Shown here piece by piece: positions 25,799 to 35,025 of a DNA stretch of 37,377 nucleotides. The DNA is from Enterococcus phage vB_CECAV_04. The position numbers were made by a program, and so were the translations under genes. The stretch lies in sequence record PV173148.1; one strand, 5' to 3'. The stretch's first letter is position 1; every line of letters starts with the position of its first letter. A model generated the notes under the pieces. That model was not told the origin of the DNA. It saw only the letters and a program-made list of their open reading frames with translations, and did no database searches.

Positions 25799-25851
25799 AA
25801 GAATGTAGTTGATGACTACTAAAATAATTCTAAGAAAGAAGGAAAATAAAA

Positions 25852-26703
25852 TTGACTAAGGTATATAACGGGAACAATTGGAATATCGTAGAAATAGAAA
25901 CAACTAGAGAACTAGAAAACTTTCTAAGCGCCCCTATCTTAAAGGGGCGAGATAATGCGAGCGAAACTGGTAGTAAGTCCTTTACAGGGACAACTAGCTT
26001 TGAACAAGCAGACAATTTGAGAAGAAAAGGCGACAAGAAAAGTCTAGCAATGCTGAATGAGTATAAAATTAAGTTTGATAAATACATTCAGTATAATAAT
26101 GGCTGCAAAATTAAACAACGGAATGACATACACGGGTTCGTACCAATTGTACCGAACGCTATTATAGGGCTTCCTTTGTCAATGATTAATCAGACAAGGG
26201 AAGCTAAGAAAGTAAAGGGCATTGATATATTTTTCAACGTATCAATAAGGTGTGCAACTGGAACAGACGACATAGCCCGAAAAGGTGCTATCATGTTATC
26301 ATTGATAGACGCACTTGAAAGAAAAGGTTTTCGAGTGAATCTAAAAGTGGGCAGTGTTTGCATGAAAGGGAATACGGTTCACGGGGTTATAACCACTATG
26401 AAACGGTATAATGAACCATTGAACATTAGAAAACTAGCTTACTACCTTGTAAACCCTAGTTGTTTGAGAAGAACGTTTTTCAGATTAAAAGAAACTATAT
26501 CCGAACTTACAGACGTAACCAATGACGGTTATGGTACTAACAATAAATTTGACAAACAACGAAAACGATTGAAAGCTATTTACGGCGAACAACTAAGAAT
26601 AGTAGATAGCAGTATTATGGAAAACACAGATATTTCAGACAATGAACTGTTTGAAAAAATGTGTCAAGTGCTAGGGGTTGAAAGTACCACGATTTTAAGT
26701 TAG
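25852..26703 (+). CDS. Hypothetical protein (283 aa). TTG start after a GAAGGAAAATAAAA SD.
   Basis: Long ORF. I recognise no motif. Confidence 0.55.
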   Translation: MTKVYNGNNWNIVEIETTRELENFLSAPILKGRDNASETGSKSFTGTTSFEQADNLRRKGDKKSLAMLNEYKIKFDKYIQYNNGCKIKQRNDIHGFVPIVPNAIIGLPLSMINQTREAKKVKGIDIFFNVSIRCATGTDDIARKGAIMLSLIDALERKGFRVNLKVGSVCMKGNTVHGVITTMKRYNEPLNIRKLAYYLVNPSCLRRTFFRLKETISELTDVTNDGYGTNNKFDKQRKRLKAIYGEQLRIVDSSIMENTDISDNELFEKMCQVLGVESTTILS

Positions 26704-26708
26704 ACTAT

Positions 26709-26740
26709 CAAACGGTTGGGCGATTGCTTGACCGTTTTTA
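26709..26740 (+). terminator. Terminator-like hairpin AAACGGT-N14-ACCGTTT followed by TTTTTA.
   Basis: 7-bp stem. T-tract. Confidence 0.45.
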
Positions 26741-26812
26741 GTTTGCTTGGTTTTCCTATTTTAACCAGTTGAAATTTTTCTCAACTCAGTTGAAATTTTT
26801 TGTAAAAACTAT

Positions 26813-26840
26813 TGATTTTTAGTTTTAACCATGATATTAT
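26813..26840 (+). promoter_or_regulatory. Promoter TTGATT-N16-TATTAT (extended -10 TGaTATTAT). Family motif AAAAACTATTGATTTTT.
   Basis: Hexamers and spacing. Confidence 0.55.
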
Positions 26841-26843
26841 ATA

Positions 26844-26866
26844 TTTGTGGTTGAGATAACCACAAA
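26844..26866 (+). promoter_or_regulatory. Perfect dyad TTTGTGGTT-GAGAT-AACCACAAA between the -10 and the SD of the ATPase gene. It is either an operator or a 5'-UTR hairpin.
   Basis: 9-bp perfect inverted repeat seen in the sequence. Confidence 0.55.
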
Positions 26867-26891
26867 GAAACAAGAAAGAAGGAAAACAAAC

Positions 26892-28301
26892 ATGACTGAT
26901 AAAGAAAAAGAACTAGCTAGACAATTGAATGTTGAAATGTTAACAACACTAGGTTTCAACAAGAAGTACGGGTTATACTTTGATAGCCTAGAAAAGAAAA
27001 ATAAGATGTACGTTGGATATACAGGCTTAAATGCTAAAGGCGAATATTTGAAATTGCATGAATATCCAAGTCTTGAATTTATCGCCTGTACTCAAGACGG
27101 TAATTCTAAGCCTTTTAACGAGCAACTAAAGAATCGTTTGTGGCAATACGTTGACAACTTGATTGAAAGCACAGACTATGGACACAGATTTATTTCAACG
27201 CAACAAGAACCACAATATCCAATGGTACAAACAGAAAAACAAGAACAACAAGAAAAGAAAGTGGGACAAACAGAAATGACAAATGAAATCAAAGAATTAC
27301 AGCAATCTATCCTTGAAATGCAAAAATCAATGCTTGAAGGTTTCAAGGTAGTAACCGAGAAAAACCCTTATGAAAAAGCAATTGTTGACGCTATTATCGA
27401 CAAAGGAAAATCTATTTCAGTTGATGAACTCAAAGAAGATATTCTTAAGATGGTAAATGAGTTTATCAATAGCGAATACGGTAATCTACCAACAACAATT
27501 GAAATAAAGAAGGGAAGTGAAAGAAAGCAAGTAAAAGGGAACTTTCATAAAGACTTTGAAAAAATTCTCAAAGTTGTTGACGCTAATGTTCCTGTAATGT
27601 TAGTAGGTCGCGCCGGTTCAGGTAAGAACCACACACTTGAGCAAGTCGCAGAAGCGCTTGACCTTGATTTTTACTTTAGCAACGCCGTAACTCAAGAATA
27701 TACACTCAAGGGTTTCATAGACGCAAACGGACACTTCCATGAAACACAATTCTATAAAGCTTTCTCTCAAGGCGGAATGTTCTTTCTTGATGAAATGGAC
27801 GCAAGTATTCCCGAAGCGCTTATTGTATTGAACAGCGCGATTGCAAACGGCTATTTTGATTTTCCAATCGGGCGAGTTAGAAAACATGAACGCTTTAGAG
27901 TTGTTTCAGCAAGTAACACATGGGGAACGGGCGCGAATGCAATATATATCGGCCGCAACCAACTTGACGGGGCAACGCTTGACCGTTTTGTTCAAATAGA
28001 ATTTGACTATGATACCGAGTTAGAACGTGGCTTTACAAGCGATACAGACTTGTACGAATTTACAATTGACTTGAGAAAGGCTATCGACAAAACACAAACA
28101 AGGGCGATTGTATCCATGCGAGCATTGCTAAACGCTGACAAGTTAAACGGGACACTTCCAATTGATGAAATTATTAAATCTGTTTATATTAAGGGGATGA
28201 ATAAAGCTGACTTAGATATTATACTTGATGAAATGAGAACTGACGACAAGAACAAGTATACAGCCGAGTTAAAAAAGATTGTTAAAAACATGGAAGATTA
28301 A
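26892..28301 (+). CDS. AAA+ ATPase of the AAA_5/MoxR-like type (about 469 aa). Walker A GRAGSGKN and Walker B FFLDEMD lie in the C-terminal half. The about 240-aa N-terminal extension has no recognised motifs.
   Basis: P-loop and hhhhDE motifs with the correct spacing. ATG after GAAGGAAAACAAAC. The ORF-track GTG start at 26847 sits inside the upstream dyad. Confidence 0.7.
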   Translation: MTDKEKELARQLNVEMLTTLGFNKKYGLYFDSLEKKNKMYVGYTGLNAKGEYLKLHEYPSLEFIACTQDGNSKPFNEQLKNRLWQYVDNLIESTDYGHRFISTQQEPQYPMVQTEKQEQQEKKVGQTEMTNEIKELQQSILEMQKSMLEGFKVVTEKNPYEKAIVDAIIDKGKSISVDELKEDILKMVNEFINSEYGNLPTTIEIKKGSERKQVKGNFHKDFEKILKVVDANVPVMLVGRAGSGKNHTLEQVAEALDLDFYFSNAVTQEYTLKGFIDANGHFHETQFYKAFSQGGMFFLDEMDASIPEALIVLNSAIANGYFDFPIGRVRKHERFRVVSASNTWGTGANAIYIGRNQLDGATLDRFVQIEFDYDTELERGFTSDTDLYEFTIDLRKAIDKTQTRAIVSMRALLNADKLNGTLPIDEIIKSVYIKGMNKADLDIILDEMRTDDKNKYTAELKKIVKNMED

Positions 28302-28351
28302 TCAGGGGGCTTGATAGCCCCTTTTATAGCATGATTGAAAGGAGTAACCGA

Positions 28352-29494
28352 ATGAATACCTTTAGAGAACACGTTGAAAAACGAACAAAGGAAAGACAAC
28401 TAGCAATTAACAATGACAATTACAGCATTAGCCCTCGTTACGAACGCCCCTTGACAAAAGAAACGTATGAACAACTCGAGAACTTGAAAACAGTTGCGAT
28501 TGATAAAGGGCGAGCGATTGCTGAAGATTTTTATATTCGCTACTTTGACCCGGATAGGCGAGCAATAGAAATGTGTTTCATGGTCGATGATGAAAGTGAT
28601 GAAGAACTTGAATATTTATTGGAATGTTTAGGCTTTGATACTGAATTAAAAGAATTATTGGAAACACTTTACAACATTATTTACAAGGAAGAAACGGTAT
28701 TTGAAGTCATTGTAACACCTTTTGTTTACGGTACGAACAATCGCGAGTTCGGTGGTATATTGGTCGATATAGAAAACTCAAGTGGTTCGATTATCGATAT
28801 TGTATGTTATGATACGGTATCTGGTTTTCAACAAATGTTTATGGGTACTGATTTTACAAGTGAATTTTTTCAAATACCCTATGTTAGATATATCCTTAAT
28901 GCTTTTTTATTTGAAGCGTTGACAGTGCCGATAATAAAATATTGGTATCAATGCGAAAAAGATTATCATTTATCCTTAACAACGGGCTTTGGTGGCGAAC
29001 CGAAACGATTATTGAAACACGATAGCTACATTGACGATATTGCCGAATGGCTAGACAACTACCATAAAGGAGAGTTCACACTAACTAAAAAACTTGGAAG
29101 TAGGGTTGTTGACGGCGAATGTGCCAAGTTACTCGTTGAGTTGAATAATAGCAAAGTCAAATATTGTATTTTTTACAACAGGAACAAAGCCCTTGCGAAT
29201 CTTGTTTACGATAACAGACGCTATGACCAGATTACTTTTTCAGCGTTTAATGAATCAGATAAAAAAGAAGTTGTCAAGATACTATATGCTAGACTGATAA
29301 CTGATACAATTGTCTTTAATTTTGGGGTATACAACAAACAATATCCACTATACGGTATTGATTGGAAGCAGTTTTTGACAACGGTTGGTATACCAAGCAA
29401 TATAATAGATTTATCAGACGATAACTTCATGTTCGAAATTGAACAAAACAACCGATTATTAATGCAGATATTACAAGATTATCAAAACAATTAA
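28352..29494 (+). CDS. Hypothetical protein (about 380 aa), adjacent to the ATPase and probably its partner. A possible degenerate MIDAS-like DIENSSGS segment is noted, but I have little confidence in it.
   Basis: ATG after a GAAAGGAGTAACCGA SD. No firm domain recognised. Confidence 0.55.
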   Translation: MNTFREHVEKRTKERQLAINNDNYSISPRYERPLTKETYEQLENLKTVAIDKGRAIAEDFYIRYFDPDRRAIEMCFMVDDESDEELEYLLECLGFDTELKELLETLYNIIYKEETVFEVIVTPFVYGTNNREFGGILVDIENSSGSIIDIVCYDTVSGFQQMFMGTDFTSEFFQIPYVRYILNAFLFEALTVPIIKYWYQCEKDYHLSLTTGFGGEPKRLLKHDSYIDDIAEWLDNYHKGEFTLTKKLGSRVVDGECAKLLVELNNSKVKYCIFYNRNKALANLVYDNRRYDQITFSAFNESDKKEVVKILYARLITDTIVFNFGVYNKQYPLYGIDWKQFLTTVGIPSNIIDLSDDNFMFEIEQNNRLLMQILQDYQNN

Positions 29495-29517
29495 ACAAAA
29501 TAATTCTAAAATAACCA

Positions 29518-29549
29518 TTGACTTTGCTTTAATCAACGGGTATGATAAT
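29518..29549 (+). promoter_or_regulatory. Promoter TTGACT-N17-TATGAT(AAT).
   Basis: Hexamers and spacing. Confidence 0.5.
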
Positions 29550-29577
29550 GTTATCAACAAGAAAGGAATGAAATCAA

Positions 29578-30078
29578 ATGAAAGATTTGACAAAACAAGA
29601 ACATTACACGAATAATGGAATTGAACCAATCGAAATCATGCGAAAAAACTTCTCTCATGACGAATTTATAGGTTTTTGCAAAGGTAACGTTTTAAAATAC
29701 CTTTTGCGCTACAAAGACAAGAACGGCTTGGAAGATTTAGAAAAAGCGAAAATTTATCTAAATTGGTTGATTGATGAACTTGTAGCAGAAGATTTGAACA
29801 AGACCTTTGATGAACGCTTTGAAGAAATCGAACGAGAAGAACGAGAGAAATGCTCTTGTGGTTGTCATTGTGAAGATTGCAAAGACTATGACGGTTGCGA
29901 AAGTTTTGGCGTACAATTGTCATTGTTTGATAATGAACCAATGGAAGAACCTTCAATTGTTTCAACCAATGATTTTAAAGAAGCAGACCTAACTAATGAA
30001 AAGTGTGAAGAACCAAGTAACTTTGAAAAATACTTAGCTTGGAAACAAACGCTTGACGAGTGGAGAAAAGGCGAGTAA
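29578..30078 (+). CDS. DUF3310-like phage protein (166 aa) with a Cys-rich segment CSCGCHCEDCKDYDGCE and an acidic C-terminus.
   Basis: The N-terminal signature (HYTNNGIEPIE...GNVLKYLLRYKDKNGLEDLEKAKIYL) resembles the DUF3310 family common in phage replication modules. Confidence 0.55.
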   Translation: MKDLTKQEHYTNNGIEPIEIMRKNFSHDEFIGFCKGNVLKYLLRYKDKNGLEDLEKAKIYLNWLIDELVAEDLNKTFDERFEEIEREEREKCSCGCHCEDCKDYDGCESFGVQLSLFDNEPMEEPSIVSTNDFKEADLTNEKCEEPSNFEKYLAWKQTLDEWRKGE

Positions 30079-30116
30079 TTATTTTTAACAGAAAGGAAAG
30101 AAACGGGTGCCGATAA

Positions 30117-30452
30117 ATGAAAATAGGAAACAGAAAAATTATCCATAATCAACCACTTGATGAAGAATCAATGGAAAGATATGAAAAATTTTGCTTGCAT
30201 TTATTTGACAAACTATCGAGACAACAATTCATCAAACACATAAAAATGAAACGCTCAAAACAGAGTGAAGCTTGCTATTATCGAGTATATGGCTATCGTG
30301 GGGGAAGATATGAATTTAGTATTAGAAATCATGATAGCTTTTCGGATTGTAGACAAGAGAATATTTACCTAGATGATTTTGATAGCTTGCGAGAATTGGA
30401 ACATTGGGCTATTAAGGTAGCAAGAAATAGAATTTATAAACAAGAATATTAA
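30117..30452 (+). CDS. Hypothetical basic protein (111 aa).
   Basis: ORF with a GGGTG SD 7 nt upstream. The in-frame stop immediately upstream fixes the start. Confidence 0.5.
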   Translation: MKIGNRKIIHNQPLDEESMERYEKFCLHLFDKLSRQQFIKHIKMKRSKQSEACYYRVYGYRGGRYEFSIRNHDSFSDCRQENIYLDDFDSLRELEHWAIKVARNRIYKQEY

Positions 30453-30501
30453 ACAAACAGAAAAGAAAAGCGACCTTATCAATTGATAAGGGGGCTATAT
30501 T

Positions 30502-31131
30502 TTGAAATATGAAATCATTGCAACAGGAAGTAAGGGAAACGCCGTTTTAATCAATGATATATTGGTTGATTGTGGTATCCCTTTCAAACGCTTAAAACCG
30601 TATTTATACGAAGTAAACACACTTTTAATCACTCACGAACACAGTGACCATGTGAAAGCAACAACTTTGAGAGCAATTAAAAAGTATTTTCCTAACATTC
30701 AAGTGGTAGCTAATTACATGGTTAAACAGCTATTCCCTAATTACGTTGATTTGACCGCCAATGGGGGTGTACCTTTGTTCACACAGTCGGGAATTATAAC
30801 CCCGTTTGATTGTGTGCATGATGTTGATTGCTTGGGGTATACATGGATAGTTGACGGGAAAAAGGTTGTTTATGCGACTGACACAAGTACAATGGACAAT
30901 TGCCCCGTTGATATAGCTATTGACTATTGTTTCTTGGAAGCTAACTATGATGAAATCAAGGTACAGCAGATAGTGCAGAATACAGATATGTTGAAAAAAT
31001 ACGGTTACGACATTAGAAAAGGTACTGTGAGGCACTTTTCAAAACAGCAATGTAAATCATTTTTCTACAGAAACCGTGCCGACGAAAACAGCCAATTGAT
31101 ACAGTTACACCAAAGCGCAAGATTTTATTAA
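30502..31131 (+). CDS. Metallo-beta-lactamase-fold hydrolase (209 aa) carrying the HxHxDH motif (HEHSDH).
   Basis: Motif THEHSDH plus downstream conserved His/Asp residues. TTG start after AAGGGGG. Confidence 0.65.
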   Translation: MKYEIIATGSKGNAVLINDILVDCGIPFKRLKPYLYEVNTLLITHEHSDHVKATTLRAIKKYFPNIQVVANYMVKQLFPNYVDLTANGGVPLFTQSGIITPFDCVHDVDCLGYTWIVDGKKVVYATDTSTMDNCPVDIAIDYCFLEANYDEIKVQQIVQNTDMLKKYGYDIRKGTVRHFSKQQCKSFFYRNRADENSQLIQLHQSARFY

Positions 31132-31156
31132 TACAGTTAGAAAGGAAAGATAACAA

Positions 31157-31954
31157 ATGCTAGATATTAATGTATCTTATACTGTTCCAAAGGTGGAATG
31201 GAACAGCTTTGAACAAGATAAAGAGCAAGCTTTACAGGTCGTCAAAGACTTAGAAAGCCTTGAAATTACAGAAAACAATCTCAAAGAAGGTAAGAAAAAG
31301 ATTGCAGAAGCAAGGAAAGTTACAGCTGAATTAAACAATAAGCGTAAAGAAATCAAAGCCGAAATGCTTACAAGCCTTACTGAATTTTCTAACAAAGTCA
31401 AGGAAATTGACGACATTTTAACGCAAGCTGTAAATGTTCAGCGCGATAAAGTCGAACAATACGAGTTCCAGATTGCAAATAAGAAGTTTGATACTATTAA
31501 AGAAATCTTTGACAAACGTAGCAAGGCTTACAGCGAATATAATTTTGATTTTAACGAATTTTACAAGACACAATATTTGAACAAGACTTACAAACTTGAT
31601 AAAATCGAGCTTGAAATGGTAGATTTTTTCGAAAACAAAAAGCAAGAAATTGAAACCATTAAAACATTAGAAAATGCCGAAGATATTCTAGTTGAGTATT
31701 ATATTAACGGTTACAACATGAGTAACGCAATTAGTACAGTCAATAGGCGCATTGAAATAGCTAAGAACCTTGAAATCGAGCGCAGAAAACCACTAGAACA
31801 ACCAAAACAACCTACTAAGATTGAACCAACGCAACCAACTTTGCAAGAAAATCAAGAGCAAGATAGATTTATTATCGAAATTAAAGGCGCCGAAAAGATA
31901 GCCCTTGCTAAAATGTTACTTGAAAGCAATAAGATTGATTATACAGTTTTGTAA
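31157..31954 (+). CDS. Hypothetical coiled-coil-rich protein (265 aa). It may be recombination- or replication-associated.
   Basis: ORF with an AAAGGAAAG SD. Lys/Glu-rich heptad-like regions. Assignment uncertain. Confidence 0.55.
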   Translation: MLDINVSYTVPKVEWNSFEQDKEQALQVVKDLESLEITENNLKEGKKKIAEARKVTAELNNKRKEIKAEMLTSLTEFSNKVKEIDDILTQAVNVQRDKVEQYEFQIANKKFDTIKEIFDKRSKAYSEYNFDFNEFYKTQYLNKTYKLDKIELEMVDFFENKKQEIETIKTLENAEDILVEYYINGYNMSNAISTVNRRIEIAKNLEIERRKPLEQPKQPTKIEPTQPTLQENQEQDRFIIEIKGAEKIALAKMLLESNKIDYTVL

Positions 31955-31982
31955 AATAAATTAAAAAAGTTTGAAAAAAGTA

Positions 31983-32010
31983 TTGACTTTTGAATTAAGC
32001 AATGTATAAT
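31983..32010 (+). promoter_or_regulatory. Promoter TTGACT-N16-TATAAT. Family motif AAAAGTATTGACTTTT.
   Basis: Hexamers and spacing. Confidence 0.55.
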
Positions 32011-32084
32011 AGGTAGTGTGATAAGGAAAACAGGAACTTATCACACTAACAAAAATTTTTAAAACCGAAAGGAAAGATGAAATT

Positions 32085-32729
32085 ATGGCAAATTATTTAG
32101 GAAAATTACAACTAGTAGAATTGGAAGTAACTCAACAAGGTGTGGAATTAACGTTCTTTCACGAAAAAGAAGGAACTATCAGACAAGTAAACATTAGAAA
32201 ACAAAAATTTGACGATAAAACAAAGAAATATGTGAATGATGAAGCGCAATTAGAACGCTACTTTGAAAATCTAAAAACGTATTTTGGAACTGATGATGAA
32301 ACTAAACTAGTTGAATCAGTTGGCAAAGAATTTGACGTTTGGGAAAGTGAAAACTATTGTTCACTTTACGAACCACAAACGCTAAAGAAATTTGGCGCAG
32401 ATTATATCGGGCAATTGCTACAAGCTGATATTGTGGAATTTAGAGAATATGACAGCAAAACGGTTGTCGTCCTTGAATATGACGGGGAAAACTATGGAAG
32501 CAATATCAATTATGGAAATTACATTGCTTCACTTGGTAAAACTTTACCGAATCCACAAAGAAAAGCTAAACAAATGGGAAACTTTTATAAGAAATTCCAT
32601 GTTCACTTTAACGATAAAGAGCAACTTGTTGGTACAACCGTAATGATTGAAGTAAAAGCGAACAATGTGGACAGCACGGGTAACAATCCTACTTATATCG
32701 AAATCAAGGCACTTCCTAAAAAGAAATAG
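32085..32729 (+). CDS. Hypothetical protein (214 aa) immediately upstream of the DNA polymerase.
   Basis: ORF with a GAAAGGAAAG SD. No motif recognised. Confidence 0.55.
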   Translation: MANYLGKLQLVELEVTQQGVELTFFHEKEGTIRQVNIRKQKFDDKTKKYVNDEAQLERYFENLKTYFGTDDETKLVESVGKEFDVWESENYCSLYEPQTLKKFGADYIGQLLQADIVEFREYDSKTVVVLEYDGENYGSNINYGNYIASLGKTLPNPQRKAKQMGNFYKKFHVHFNDKEQLVGTTVMIEVKANNVDSTGNNPTYIEIKALPKKK

Positions 32730-32807
32730 CCTTTGAGAAAATAAAATAGCATAAAGCCCTAGCTAGTATGGTTAGGGCTTTAATATTAAAAGAAAGGGAC
32801 TGTTCAA

Positions 32808-34757
32808 ATGATTACAGTTGACAATTTTTTAAACGGAGAAAACCTGGTATTTCTTGATATAGAAGTCTTTGCGTATGATTGGTTAGTAGTTGCTAAAGAC
32901 ATAAACCACAATGTTTTAGGGGTTTTTCGTAACGGAGTGAACCCGTGGGAACATGAAAAGCTAGTGAAAGACAATATCAGTAAGGGATTATCGAGATTGA
33001 TTGATGGCAAAGTGGTTGTTGGTTACAATAATTATTTTTATGATGATAAAATCTTAAACAAGCTATTAACTACCACAGACACAAGATTTATCAAAATGCT
33101 AAATGATACCATTATCAACGGACACCGATATAAGCAAGGTAAACAAGAATTTTTATCCCTTGACGTATTCAGACAGATTGATGTAAGTAACCCTAGCTTG
33201 AAGAAAATCGAAGCCAACAGGGGTACTAATATCGAAGAATCAAGTATACCGTTTGATATTAAACGTCCTTTGACGAGTGAAGAACTCACAAGCACTTTTG
33301 AATATTGTTCACATGACGTTTCAGAAACTATTGAAACATTTAAACTAAGATTGGATAACTACTTTGAACCAAAGCAGATTATTATTAGAGAAATTCTCAA
33401 CCGTTGGGGCGAGCGTTACGAGTTTTCAAGACTGATTAAACTTAACATAACGAGCTTAATGGGAATCTTGATTTTAGGAGATAAAAACATTGAACAATGG
33501 AACAGCTATCACGTTACAACGAAACCAACAGGCGCTTTTGAAAGTCATTATGAGTTAGTCACAGCTTGGAACGAACAAGACAAAGAATTTATCGACGCCC
33601 AAGTTAAAAACGGACTACCACAAGCCGTTGTCGATATGTGGAACAATAGTCAATTTAACCACTTAACGAATAAATTCGAGCGACCTACAAAGAAAGTTAT
33701 TATCGAAATGTTTGACAACAAGCTTGAATTCGGGTTTGGGGGCTTACATGGCGTACCCGCGGATAAGTCGCTAAGCGTGTTTAAAAACGTTTATATGTTA
33801 GACGTGGCGAGCCTATACCCGTCAATCATGGTTAAATTAGGGGTATTGGGAGAAGGTACGAAATACTTTGATAATATCATGCAACAGCGACTTGCATTTA
33901 AGCACACTAAAGGCAAGGAAAAGCAATCATTCGGGTTGAAAATCGGTATCAACTCAACATTCGGTTGTTTAATTAGTCAATATTCTAACCTTTTCAACCC
34001 TTACGGTGGTCAATCTGTTTGTATGTATGGGCAAATGTGTTTATTTGACCTTGCAAAGCGTCTTGATGAAATAGGTGCTTTCATGATGAACATTAACACA
34101 GACGGTATCGGGTTCACTCATGATAACATGGAAGAAGTTAAGCGAGTTTGGCACGAGTGGGAAAAGGTTTGGGGCTTTACCCTTGAATTGGACGAGTTTC
34201 ACAAAATTTACCAAAAAGACGTAAACAATTATATCGGTACACGCTTGATAGAAGGTAAAGAAACAGTTACAAAGGCCAAAGGGGGACAAGTTAGCCGATA
34301 CAAGAGCAACCAATATTTTAAAGATAATAGCTTGCGAATTTGCGATATTATGCTTGTAAATGCTATTGTTCACAAGACACCTCTAATGCAGACAATCAAA
34401 GATAATCTTAACAACCCTTTACTATTTCAGCAAGTGCTAAACAGAACGGGTAAATTTGCCAAGACCGTTGACGATAATGGGACCGAGTTTGACAACAAGG
34501 TTATCAGGGTTTTCGCTGTTAAGGCGGATGAAGTGACAGATGATTATGTAACAGTTGGAAAATTGTATAAACAGCGTGCAGACGGTTCAAGAATCGTTTT
34601 TGAGAAACTGAATGACACGAACATTATATTCAATGACAAGCTAGAAAATTTGGATATTGAAGATTTTTCAGAGATGATAAATAAAAAATACTACCTTAAA
34701 TTAGGCAATGACTTACTCAAACAATGGGGCTTTGACCTAAGCGAACAAGGTTACTAA
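32808..34757 (+). CDS. Family B DNA polymerase (649 aa) with an N-terminal 3'-5' exonuclease domain.
   Basis: Exo I FLDIEVF, Exo II YNNYFYDDKIL, Exo III YCSHDV. Pol motif A LDVASLYPS, motif B KIGINSTFG (the K-x3-NS-x-YG type), and a putative motif C NINTDGIG. Confidence 0.8.
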   Translation: MITVDNFLNGENLVFLDIEVFAYDWLVVAKDINHNVLGVFRNGVNPWEHEKLVKDNISKGLSRLIDGKVVVGYNNYFYDDKILNKLLTTTDTRFIKMLNDTIINGHRYKQGKQEFLSLDVFRQIDVSNPSLKKIEANRGTNIEESSIPFDIKRPLTSEELTSTFEYCSHDVSETIETFKLRLDNYFEPKQIIIREILNRWGERYEFSRLIKLNITSLMGILILGDKNIEQWNSYHVTTKPTGAFESHYELVTAWNEQDKEFIDAQVKNGLPQAVVDMWNNSQFNHLTNKFERPTKKVIIEMFDNKLEFGFGGLHGVPADKSLSVFKNVYMLDVASLYPSIMVKLGVLGEGTKYFDNIMQQRLAFKHTKGKEKQSFGLKIGINSTFGCLISQYSNLFNPYGGQSVCMYGQMCLFDLAKRLDEIGAFMMNINTDGIGFTHDNMEEVKRVWHEWEKVWGFTLELDEFHKIYQKDVNNYIGTRLIEGKETVTKAKGGQVSRYKSNQYFKDNSLRICDIMLVNAIVHKTPLMQTIKDNLNNPLLFQQVLNRTGKFAKTVDDNGTEFDNKVIRVFAVKADEVTDDYVTVGKLYKQRADGSRIVFEKLNDTNIIFNDKLENLDIEDFSEMINKKYYLKLGNDLLKQWGFDLSEQGY

Positions 34758-34790
34758 GCTAGGGTTTATCCCTAGTTGTTGCTTTATTTA
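34757..34790 (+). terminator. Terminator AGCTAGGG-TTTAT-CCCTAG followed by TTGTTGCTTTATTT.
   Basis: 6-7-bp stem and a T-rich tail. Confidence 0.55.
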
Positions 34791-34952
34791 GCGTTTCTCA
34801 GTTGTGAATATTTTTAGCGAGTTGTAATAAATATTCATTTTCATGTATAAAATTGTATAAAAATTCAATATATACTACCGAAAACTGCATATTTTCAACT
34901 GGTTGAAAGTGAAATATTCACGGTCTACAGCGAAAAATTTTTAACAACCTAT

Positions 34953-34980
34953 TGACTTTTTGGCAGATTAATCATAAAAT
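34953..34980 (+). promoter_or_regulatory. Promoter TTGACT-N16-TAAAAT. Family motif AACAACCTATTGACTTTTT.
   Basis: Hexamers and spacing. Confidence 0.55.
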
Positions 34981-35025
34981 AATCTTGTGTTTTACACGCC
35001 TGAACTAAACAGAAAGAGAAAGGAA

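Noticed and set aside
31157-32729. The idea that the 265-aa or 214-aa protein upstream of PolB is a phi29-type terminal protein.
   Set aside because: I can identify no priming-loop or TP signature by eye. The presence of terminase, portal and a prim-pol helicase argues against protein-primed replication. I keep it only as a question under the replication-module finding.
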